From Candidatus Nitrosopumilus koreensis AR1 (GTDB lineage Archaea > Thermoproteota > Nitrososphaeria > Nitrososphaerales > Nitrosopumilaceae): a stretch of DNA of 32,000 nt. Under the pieces are notes generated by a model, which saw only the letters and a program-made list of their open reading frames with translations, did not search any database and was not told the origin of the DNA. Numbering within the stretch: position 1 is the stretch's first letter; each line of letters begins with the position of its first letter. The stretch spans positions 570,001 to 602,000 of the forward strand of contig NC_018655.1 in NCBI RefSeq assembly GCF_000299365.1, written 5' to 3'. Below are positions 1 to 7,462 of this stretch, one piece after another. The position numbers and the translations under genes were made by a program.

Positions 1-1
1 T

Positions 2-1417
2 ACTGTCAGTGAAGTGAATGGCATCTGGGCAACTGTTTCAACATATGTTGATGGCGCAGTACTTTACTTTGATTCTGAAGGTAAAACATACTCTTTGGCA
101 ATTCATCCAAATTCAAATACATGGATTAGTTTTAACAGTCCTACGACTATTTCAAATACAATAATAAGTATCGATGACAGAGGATATTCTAGTGATGTAG
201 GTAGTGTTTCATATGTTACTCCAGATGTTACACCACAATCCCAATCAGCACCAGATGTACCCTTAGGCCTTCACGCAAATCTTTATTCTGACGATACTGT
301 ACAACTTACTTGGGTTTCTCCTTTAAACAATGACAAATATCCCATATTGGGATATAGAATAGAGTACAAAACCAATTCAGATAGTGATTGGAATGTTATC
401 TCCCAAAATAATGGACTTCAGACAATATTTGTTCACTCAGGACTTTTAGATAACAAAACATACACGTTTCGAGTATCGTCCATGAATATCTATGGCATAA
501 GTGATCCTTCAATTAATGCAAGTGTGACTACCGGAAGAGTGGTTCAACCAACTCCAACTAACACATACACGTCATCAGGTGTACTTCCAATATTTAATAC
601 CGACACATCAATTAGTTATGTCATTTCTGGTGGCAAAGTATTTGGTGTTGTACTCGACAGGGATGCAACTTCATTAGACTTCATGCTTGAAGGAGAAACA
701 GCCGGTACACTCTATACCCAATTATCAAGAACTTTAATTGATGCTATACAATCCGATGAAAGTGACAGATCTTTCTTTGTAACTGTTGATGGTGTCAATG
801 CTCAATTCACTGAAATTAAAACAGACGATTACAGAAACATGGTAATTTCATTCCCATCTGGTACAAACAATATATCTATAATCGGTACATCTGTGGTTCC
901 AGAATTTGGAACAATTGACAAAGAGTATGTTTTACCTGAGCCTGGAACTACTCCTGATTCATTTGTATATGGATTCAAAAAAGCATTTGAAGGGTTAGAC
1001 TTGTCATTTACATTTAATCAAAACGATAAAGTTTCAAAACATCTGAAATTTGCAGAACTTCGACTAAGTGAAGCTAAAGCAATGGTTCAAAAAGGAATGC
1101 CTGAACTAGTTGACGATTTAACAAAAGACTATGAAAAACAAGTATCTGGTGCAAAACAAATTGCCAACTCTGCTTCAGCATCTGTAGATAAAGCAGCATT
1201 AACTGAAACTATAATGTTAGCATCATCAAAACATATTCAAGTTTTAACTAGTCTCAAAGACACACTTCCCGAACAAGCACAATTAAGAATCCAAGTGATA
1301 ATTGATAATTCTAAAAAAGACATTGGTATTGCAATGAAAGAATCCTCCAACCGTGCTGCTGATGCAATGGTAAAGTCAGAAGAAATGAAAAAAATAGCTG
1401 AATATAACAAGCCATAA
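2..1417 (+). CDS. Surface/secreted protein (5' end outside window): LamG-like segment, fibronectin type III domain, internal PEFG motif, C-terminal DUF5667-like helical domain
   Basis: The frame is open from nt 2 with no stop before the GTG at 14, so the gene very likely starts upstream of the window. There is an FN3-like block 'PDVPLGLHANLYSDDTVQLTWVSP..GYRIEYK..YTFRVSSMNIYGISDPS' at about nt 250-535. 'SIIGTSVVPEFGT' places the PEFG codons at nt 899-910. The tail 'FVYGFKKAFEGLDLSFTFNQNDKVSKHLKFAELRLSEAKAMV' matches my memory of the DUF5667 pattern. Confidence 0.6.
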   Translation, partial: TVSEVNGIWATVSTYVDGAVLYFDSEGKTYSLAIHPNSNTWISFNSPTTISNTIISIDDRGYSSDVGSVSYVTPDVTPQSQSAPDVPLGLHANLYSDDTVQLTWVSPLNNDKYPILGYRIEYKTNSDSDWNVISQNNGLQTIFVHSGLLDNKTYTFRVSSMNIYGISDPSINASVTTGRVVQPTPTNTYTSSGVLPIFNTDTSISYVISGGKVFGVVLDRDATSLDFMLEGETAGTLYTQLSRTLIDAIQSDESDRSFFVTVDGVNAQFTEIKTDDYRNMVISFPSGTNNISIIGTSVVPEFGTIDKEYVLPEPGTTPDSFVYGFKKAFEGLDLSFTFNQNDKVSKHLKFAELRLSEAKAMVQKGMPELVDDLTKDYEKQVSGAKQIANSASASVDKAALTETIMLASSKHIQVLTSLKDTLPEQAQLRIQVIIDNSKKDIGIAMKESSNRAADAMVKSEEMKKIAEYNKP

Positions 1418-1626
1418 TCTAATTGATGATTGGTTCTATATGCGTAAAGTGAATACAATTAGTGGAAATACCGTAGAAAGAATGTGTGCTACATCTTGAA
1501 TTTGAATTAACCATGTGGTGTTTCTATTATTTTTTCAGATGGCACAAGAATGGTTGAATGTGATTAGAAAATGAAAACTATGTTTCTTGCAATAATTAAT
1601 GCAATTATAATTTTGGATAAGAGAAA

Positions 1627-1929
1627 ATGAAATTCAAAAAATCATATTTACTGTTAATTATTTTTCCAATTTATGGAACGATAGCCTCAATAGGAGGACA
1701 TTTACATGAAATGAATGCTCATGAAAGTTACATAACTTTATTTTTTAATCCCTTGGTGTGGATTTTTACAGATCCTCACATACGTTATTTTCCAGTTGAA
1801 AATTATCAGATTGTTTTAGGTCCTGAATTAATTTTATTTTTTATAATTATAAATATTATTTTTTGGATGCCAATTGGATTTATCATTAGTAAAATAATAC
1901 AGATACGAAAACCCAAATTATCTAAATAA
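1627..1929 (+). CDS. Hypothetical small membrane protein
   Basis: 100-aa ORF with an ATG start and hydrophobic segments at both ends ('YLLLIIFPIYGTIASIGG', 'LILFFIIINIIFWMPIGFIISKII'). I recognise no family. Confidence 0.45.
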   Translation: MKFKKSYLLLIIFPIYGTIASIGGHLHEMNAHESYITLFFNPLVWIFTDPHIRYFPVENYQIVLGPELILFFIIINIIFWMPIGFIISKIIQIRKPKLSK

Positions 1930-2100
1930 AATTAAAAAAAACATAATACAAAATAACAGCCATTGGTTGTGTAGAAAATGAAACCTAGACTTTCATGCGT
2001 GCCAATACTTTGTAAACAGTATTTGGTGTGCAAGCCTATTTTGAATACTTACGAAAAATTGACATAAATCATCTAAATACCCAAATGATTCATTATTCTC

Positions 2101-2349
2101 ATGGACTCTCCTATCTCAGTTGATGAAAATGGCCTGAAAATTAAACCTGAAAAAATGGAAAAAGAGAAACTCTATCACTGTATTTTCAAAGAAAAAGCAA
2201 TGTTAATTTTCAAAGATTCTCAGGATGTCATGAATTGCTATGAAATTGAAGAAAAAGATCTTGTTGAAAAAATTAAGAACATTAGTGACAATGACGATCT
2301 AGAAAAATTATTTGATGACTACCTCCATGAACAAGACCTGAAAAATTAA
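2101..2349 (+). CDS. Hypothetical acidic protein
   Basis: 82-aa ORF with an ATG start, rich in Glu/Asp/Lys, co-directional with its neighbours. I recognise no motif. Confidence 0.4.
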   Translation: MDSPISVDENGLKIKPEKMEKEKLYHCIFKEKAMLIFKDSQDVMNCYEIEEKDLVEKIKNISDNDDLEKLFDDYLHEQDLKN

Positions 2350-2394
2350 ATAAAAGCGAGAGAGCATTTTGTTATTAAAGGAATAAAGAATTGA

Positions 2395-2781
2395 GTGACA
2401 GTAAAAAATCAAAAGACGCAGAAGATATTTTATCCGAATTTGATTCTAGAACTAAATCTGAGCCAGAAACATCTCCAGTCTAAAGAAACAAAATCTTCCA
2501 AATCTCCAGAAGAACGAGATGTAATTTTTGTTGGTACAAAACCTATCATGACTTATGTTTCTGCAACTTTGACTCAACTTTCAACAAGACCTACTGTTAC
2601 CATAAAAGCTAGAGGAAAAAGAATTACACAAGCTGTTGATGTTTCTCAAATGATTGTAAAACGAATGGACTCTGTTGGGTATGTAATTAGTGATGTGAGA
2701 ATCTCATCTGATTCACTAACTTCTCAAGATGGTAAGCAACGTAATGTCTCTACCATGGAAATTGACATTTCAAAAGAATAA
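2395..2781 (+). CDS. albA: DNA/RNA-binding protein Alba (start uncertain)
   Basis: 'VIFVGTKPIMTYVSATLTQLSTRPTVTIKARGKRITQAVDVSQMIVKRM...LTSQDGKQRNVSTMEIDISK' aligns from memory along the whole Sso10b/Alba fold (IGKKPVMNYV...IKARGRAISKAVD...SRVSTIEI). The roughly 42 codons upstream of this core are not Alba-like, and the only upstream in-frame candidates are GTG 2395 and TTG 2440. See the finding on a possible frameshift. Confidence 0.8.
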   Translation: MTVKNQKTQKIFYPNLILELNLSQKHLQSKETKSSKSPEERDVIFVGTKPIMTYVSATLTQLSTRPTVTIKARGKRITQAVDVSQMIVKRMDSVGYVISDVRISSDSLTSQDGKQRNVSTMEIDISKE

Positions 2782-3001
2782 TTTTAAAATCCCAATTATA
2801 ATTTTAGGTGGAATTTTAATTGTTGGACTTTTACTATTTTTTTCAAATTATTCTTGTGGTGTACAGCACATGCAGATTTTAAACGAAATAAATTCTTACG
2901 AACAAACACTTGATCCTGAATTCTGTGAAGTGATTGTTGAAAAAATAGATTTGTTTAATGATGATTGTGAACCTCAAATTGAAATTCTTGATTGTGGTTA
3001 A
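2729..3001 (+). CDS. Hypothetical small membrane-anchored Cys-containing protein (start uncertain)
   Basis: One TM helix ('IPIIILGGILIVGLLLFF') followed by a hydrophilic domain with 4 Cys. ATG 2729 overlaps the Alba 3' end by 53 nt. ATG 2744 or TTG 2762 are alternative starts. Confidence 0.35.
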   Translation: MVSNVMSLPWKLTFQKNNFKIPIIILGGILIVGLLLFFSNYSCGVQHMQILNEINSYEQTLDPEFCEVIVEKIDLFNDDCEPQIEILDCG

Positions 3002-3618
3002 AACTCTATTTCTTGTAAAAATGTAATTCCAAAATAAATCAACATCATACTTAATCCTGTCATCAATATTTTGTAATTTTTGTTTGAAAGAATTTTTTTA
3101 CTTTTTGAAGCCAAAAATGAAACTGCACCTAACCATGCAAAATCCATCCATATGTGCAATCCGAACATGATTAACATGCCTGAAAATGCCCAAATCAACA
3201 TCGCATCTGAAATTAATTTGAATCCTATGGTCACCCACCATATGATGAAAAATGGATTTAATCCACTTAACAAAACACCTGTGATTAATGCACCTTGTTT
3301 TGAATTTGGATGTGAAAATTCTTTTTCTCTAAAAACTGTTCTAATTTGTAATATTGCAAATATGAACAGAGTTAATGCCCCTAAAATAGAAATGGTTGTT
3401 CTAAATTCTGGAAAACTTTCTAAGGAAAAAACACCAATTCCTAACAATATGACTAAGGGCAATTCTACTATTGCATGACCTGTGGCCATTTTGATTCCTG
3501 ATTTTGCACCTCCTCTTAATCCGTATGATATGTTTGCTGCAAAAAGTGGTCCTGGCGCCATGACTCCTGATGCTGAAATAACTATGACCAGTATGGCAAA
3601 TTCTAAAAATTGTTCCAT
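2998..3618 (-). CDS. LysE/RhtB-family amino-acid exporter
   Basis: 206-aa polytopic membrane protein. It has an N-terminal 'VMAPGPLFAANISYGLRGGAKSG' (the PGP motif typical of the LysE family) and about 6 hydrophobic helices. Confidence 0.7.
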   Translation of the reverse strand: MEQFLEFAILVIVISASGVMAPGPLFAANISYGLRGGAKSGIKMATGHAIVELPLVILLGIGVFSLESFPEFRTTISILGALTLFIFAILQIRTVFREKEFSHPNSKQGALITGVLLSGLNPFFIIWWVTIGFKLISDAMLIWAFSGMLIMFGLHIWMDFAWLGAVSFLASKSKKILSNKNYKILMTGLSMMLIYFGITFLQEIEF

Positions 3619-3664
3619 TTACAAATTTTTGTTATTTTAATGAAATAAACATAATCTCAAGAAC

Positions 3665-4378
3665 TTACATGTACATGGAATCTTTTAGGTGATGTGATTC
3701 TTCCTCTGCTTCTTTGATGATTGTTTCAGCTTTTTCAGCTTCTCGCTGTAATGCTGAAACATCACATGTAGATCCTGGAATCAATTTTGACATTGCTACA
3801 CATAATTGTGCGCTAGAGTTAAAGTCAGGACCCTTTCCATCTGTATGAAAAATTATTACAATAACATCTTGTCCTGATATACTTGCTGCATTTAACAATG
3901 TGCCTGGAATTCCAGGTATTGTTCCATGTTCTAAAACTTTTAGTCCTGCATTTTTTATTTTTGCTCTTGCTGATTCAGTACTTCCAACCCCAATTATATC
4001 GTCATTTTCGTTGGGAGATTTTACCGCTATACTGCTTATGATTAATCCAATTTTGTGTTTTTTTGCCCAATTTAGCATTGTTTTAGCTGTTATTTTGTGC
4101 AATGATTGATCAAGTGTAAGATATGATGAGAATATGCCGACTTTCAATTCATCATTGACAAAAATTTTTGATGGGTAATTTGGCTTTCCATTTTTTATGA
4201 TACTGATTGGTGGAAATATGTCTGAATCAATTATTCCTGCTAACTCAAATTGTGATGTATGTATCATTGATTCTGTTGCAATTGCACTGCTGAATCCTGC
4301 TGATGGAAAACCGTCAATGAGATATCCTCCCTCTAAGTTTAATGGTCTTAATTCTTTAACTTTAATTTTAGGAAACAT
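3665..4378 (-). CDS. PAC2/Pba-family proteasome assembly chaperone
   Basis: 'LIDGFPSAGFSSAIATESMIHTSQFELAGIIDSDIFPPISIIKNGKP' matches the PAC2 (DUF75) N-terminal pattern. The C-terminus '...DSMYM' fits the HbYX (hydrophobic-Tyr-X) proteasome-docking motif. Confidence 0.7.
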   Translation of the reverse strand: MFPKIKVKELRPLNLEGGYLIDGFPSAGFSSAIATESMIHTSQFELAGIIDSDIFPPISIIKNGKPNYPSKIFVNDELKVGIFSSYLTLDQSLHKITAKTMLNWAKKHKIGLIISSIAVKSPNENDDIIGVGSTESARAKIKNAGLKVLEHGTIPGIPGTLLNAASISGQDVIVIIFHTDGKGPDFNSSAQLCVAMSKLIPGSTCDVSALQREAEKAETIIKEAEEESHHLKDSMYM

Positions 4379-4414
4379 GATTGGTTTTTGTTTTTATTAG
4401 ATAATAGGTTTTAT

Positions 4415-5377
4415 CTAATTTTGTAATTTCGATACTAGTGTTGCATAAATAAATGGCAAAATTGTTGTTACTTCTGCATGTAATGTTGTTTGTTTTGCTT
4501 TTTGTGTAACTTTGCCCCAAGAAATTGCCTCTCTTACTAATGCCCCACTAAGACTACCGTCAAATTCTTGTGCAGTTGTAATGTAAAAAGCATAATCTAA
4601 CCCCTCTCTGTATTGATTCCACCATAACGTATGGTGTTTTGAGATTCCTCCGCCAATCATAAATGCTCCTGATTTTTTGGCTTTGAATACGTGTCCTGAT
4701 AACAGATTTGCATCCCCTGCCATGTTTAATTTGAAATCTCCATGTTTTTGTGTAAACAACCAAATCTGACTTCCCACTGCTCCGTCCATAATTCCTGGAA
4801 CAACAACATCTACGTTGTTTTTGTATGCCCAATAAAGAAATGAATCTTCACCTAAGTGTTTGCCAATCATCTTACAAATCTCTGTAGTTGTCATTTCTTT
4901 TGTGCCGTTTTGATATTCTTCTTCTAAAAATGACTGCATTTTTTCTTCTATAAGTGGACCATAACTATCCATAGGCACTAAAACATTGCCTAATCTGTGA
5001 ATATCTTGGTCGGCTAATTCCTTATCGTCCATCGTAAATGATCCTTCTTTGTAATGTGAAAAATGTCTGGCAATGTCATGATCTAATGCCCCACATGTTG
5101 TAATTACTATATCAAACCATTTGTTTTTGATCATGTCTTTGATGATTCCTCTTAGTCCTGTTGAAACTACAGCACCTACAAATGAAAGAAATCTGAGACA
5201 TTGTTTATCTGAAATCATTTCTGTTAAAATTCCTAATCCGTCTGAAAGGTTTACTGATTCGAATCCTCCTGATTGAGATAATTCCTCAAAAATTTTTTCT
5301 ATTGGCATGTTTGGACTAATCTCTATATCTTTTACGGGACGACCTGGCTCTAACATGATCTTAAACGTTGATGTCAA
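4415..5377 (-). CDS. dys: Deoxyhypusine synthase
   Basis: 'IGGGISKHHTLWWNQYREGLDYAFYITTAQEFDGSLSGALVREAISWGKV' closely parallels the conserved DHS C-terminal region (GGGVVKHH...INTAQEFDGSDSGA...EAVSWGKI). The length of 320 aa is typical. Confidence 0.9.
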   Translation of the reverse strand: MTSTFKIMLEPGRPVKDIEISPNMPIEKIFEELSQSGGFESVNLSDGLGILTEMISDKQCLRFLSFVGAVVSTGLRGIIKDMIKNKWFDIVITTCGALDHDIARHFSHYKEGSFTMDDKELADQDIHRLGNVLVPMDSYGPLIEEKMQSFLEEEYQNGTKEMTTTEICKMIGKHLGEDSFLYWAYKNNVDVVVPGIMDGAVGSQIWLFTQKHGDFKLNMAGDANLLSGHVFKAKKSGAFMIGGGISKHHTLWWNQYREGLDYAFYITTAQEFDGSLSGALVREAISWGKVTQKAKQTTLHAEVTTILPFIYATLVSKLQN

Positions 5378-5460
5378 GTATAAAATCCTGCCTTAATTTT
5401 CATTATTTTTTTAATTTCTCTAAGAAAACTTTAAACCCGTCCAATAACACCAATTTTCGA

Positions 5461-6555
5461 ATGGCAGGTAGAATCAAGGTAGGGTTAGTCGGAATAGGTA
5501 ATTGTTTTTCAGGTTTAATTCAAGGTATTGAGTATTATAGAAAAAATCCTGATCAAGAAGTTACTGGAATCATTCATGATAAATTAGCTGGTTATGGAAT
5601 TCATGACATTGATTTTGTTTGTGGTTTTGATGTTGGTGAGAATAAAGTTGGAAAATCTCTTCACGAAGCAATCTATGCATATCCTAACATGGTTGATTGG
5701 ATTCCAAAAGATGAATTGCCAAAAACTGATGCTAAAATTTACGAAAGCCCAATTTTGGATGGTGTTGGATTATGGGTGGAAAACAGAATCAAGCCTGTTG
5801 AAAATCCAAAATCTGTAGAAGAACTCACTAAAGAAATTAAGCAAGTAATCAAAGACACAGGTGTTGAAATAATTGTATCTTATTTGCCTGTGGGCTCTGA
5901 CAAAGTCACTGAATATTGGGCACAGATCTGTCTTGATACAAACACTGCATTTGTGAATTGCATTCCTTCGTTTATTGCATCTGATGAAAAATGGGCAAAA
6001 AAATTCGCTGAAAAGAATATTCCTTGTATTGGTGATGATATTAAAGGACAAGTTGGTGCAACTATTGTTCACAGAACATTAGCTAAGTTATGTAATGATA
6101 GAGGAACTAAAATTGAAAAAACATACCAAATCAATGTTGGTGGCAATACTGATTTCCTAAACATGAAAGAACAAGATAGACTTGTTTCCAAGAAAATTTC
6201 CAAAACTGAAAGTGTTCAAAGTCAACTTGATGAAAGATTAGATGATGATCAAATCTATGTTGGACCTTCTGACTTTATTCCATTTTTAGGTAATACAAAA
6301 CTTATGTTTATGAGAATTGAAGGTCGTCAATGGGCAAACATTCCTTACAATATGGAAGTTCGTTTAGAAGTAGATGACAAGGCAAATTCTGCAGGAATTG
6401 TAATTGATGCAATTCGACTAGCAAAAATTGCACTTGATCGAGGTGTGGGTGGGCCAATTAAACCTGCAAGTGCTTATCTGATGAAGCACCCGATTGAACA
6501 AACTTCTGATGTTAAAGCAAAAGCTGAATGTGAAAAGTTTGTTGCAGGCGACTAA
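5461..6555 (+). CDS. Inositol-3-phosphate (myo-inositol-1-phosphate) synthase
   Basis: 'IKVGLVGIGNCFSGLIQGIEYY' matches the NAD-binding N-terminus of actinobacterial/archaeal Ino1-type MIPS (VGVGNCASSLVQGVEYY). I chose ATG 5461 rather than the ORF-track start 5368, which would overlap the divergent dys start and adds a non-homologous extension. Confidence 0.85.
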   Translation: MAGRIKVGLVGIGNCFSGLIQGIEYYRKNPDQEVTGIIHDKLAGYGIHDIDFVCGFDVGENKVGKSLHEAIYAYPNMVDWIPKDELPKTDAKIYESPILDGVGLWVENRIKPVENPKSVEELTKEIKQVIKDTGVEIIVSYLPVGSDKVTEYWAQICLDTNTAFVNCIPSFIASDEKWAKKFAEKNIPCIGDDIKGQVGATIVHRTLAKLCNDRGTKIEKTYQINVGGNTDFLNMKEQDRLVSKKISKTESVQSQLDERLDDDQIYVGPSDFIPFLGNTKLMFMRIEGRQWANIPYNMEVRLEVDDKANSAGIVIDAIRLAKIALDRGVGGPIKPASAYLMKHPIEQTSDVKAKAECEKFVAGD

Positions 6556-7293
6556 TTATTGAAATTTATTATAATCTGAAAATCTTTTTTTACGTTCTAT
6601 CTCATACTTCTTAAGATCAAATTCTCGTGACACTCCTTGCTCTCCATTCACTTTGGTGATCTTTGTAGTGATTACTTTGTTATTTTGATGTAAATCTACT
6701 ATCAAACTGTTGCCTCCAAATTTGTGATTCTCTACATTAGCTGCTAGAATGGGGATTCTGTTCTCCAGTGATCTGACTTGAACATACATTTGCCATGGGT
6801 CTATACCTCTCTTGACAATTCTGCTTGGAGATAGCAATACTTGGGCTCCTTTTTTTGCTAGAGTGTTTGCCACTTGCGGAAATACCATATCATAACAAAT
6901 GATTATGCCAAATTTACAGGCAGTTTTGAAAATTTTTGCCTCTTTTCCAGGCTGGACATTATCTTTTTCATAGTCAAACGGGTGTATTTTTTCTTGTTTT
7001 CCTATGAATTCTCCTTTTGGCCCGATAATTGGCGATACTATGGATGACTTGCCTCTATTTGTCTCATAAAATGCGCCTGGAATTATGGTCATTCCAAAAT
7101 CTCTGGCAATTTCTTTGAATTCTTTAAACTGTAAATCCCAGTCTGAAATATGATTATTTTTTAACCATTGCTCAGGCAAACATACAATCTCAGTCTCTTT
7201 TCTTCCTAACTTTTTTAAAATTTTTGAAACATTTGAAATAGATTTCTGATCTGTATTGTATGTAACAGTTTGAACTAATCCTAATTTTGTCAT
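6556..7293 (-). CDS. Carbon-nitrogen hydrolase (nitrilase superfamily)
   Basis: Glu-Lys-Cys triad contexts are present: 'CLPEQW', 'GKQEKIHPF', 'GIIICYDMVFPQ'. ATG at 7293 ('MTKLGLVQ') is preferred over the GTG at 7305. Substrate is unknown. Confidence 0.8.
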   Translation of the reverse strand: MTKLGLVQTVTYNTDQKSISNVSKILKKLGRKETEIVCLPEQWLKNNHISDWDLQFKEFKEIARDFGMTIIPGAFYETNRGKSSIVSPIIGPKGEFIGKQEKIHPFDYEKDNVQPGKEAKIFKTACKFGIIICYDMVFPQVANTLAKKGAQVLLSPSRIVKRGIDPWQMYVQVRSLENRIPILAANVENHKFGGNSLIVDLHQNNKVITTKITKVNGEQGVSREFDLKKYEIERKKRFSDYNKFQ

Positions 7294-7462
7294 ACTTGTA
7301 AACACATTACTTGGTAATTATAGGTAGGCACGAGAAGGTTATTGTAAAATATTTGTCTTTACCGTTACGAAAAATATCATACTAAAACAAGAAAAATTAT
7401 GCAATAGTGTCAACTAAACTTGTTAAACATCGATTATCTCACCATTTGAGAGAATACTGCTA

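Noticed and set aside
1424-1500. A C-box-like 'TGATGA' at 1424-1429 in the 209-nt spacer after the first gene, as a possible C/D box sRNA.
   Set aside because: No CTGA D box, D' box or terminal stem lies within the expected 50-70 nt. A lone hexamer is expected by chance.
1978-2067. 29-codon sORF (MKPRLSCVPILCKQYLVCKPILNTYEKLT) and a 6-bp hairpin (AATACT-N8-AGTATT, 2004-2023) in the 171-nt spacer upstream of ORF 2101.
   Set aside because: They are too short to support without conservation or expression data, and the hairpin is weak in AT-rich DNA. Worth a glance only if RNA-seq shows a transcript here.
3080-3478. 132-aa plus-strand ORF in the ORF track.
   Set aside because: It lies entirely antisense within the LysE-family gene. 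Its sequence is low-complexity with no motif, typical of a shadow ORF in AT-rich DNA.
3900-4400. Plus-strand ORFs 3900-4109 and 4197-4400.
   Set aside because: They are antisense to the well-supported PAC2-family gene and have no recognisable features.
4560-4832. 90-aa minus-strand ORF in an alternative frame of dys.
   Set aside because: It lies inside the strongly supported deoxyhypusine synthase gene, and its Arg/Cys-rich composition is atypical for this genome.
5368-5460. ORF-track N-terminal extension of the inositol-3-phosphate synthase (start at 5368).
   Set aside because: The extension overlaps the divergent dys start and covers what must be the shared promoter. It has no homology to MIPS. 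ATG 5461 immediately precedes the conserved NAD-binding N-terminus.
5594-6072. ORFs 5594-5818 (+) and 5770-6072 (-) within the MIPS gene.
   Set aside because: These are alternative-frame or antisense shadows of a confidently identified gene.
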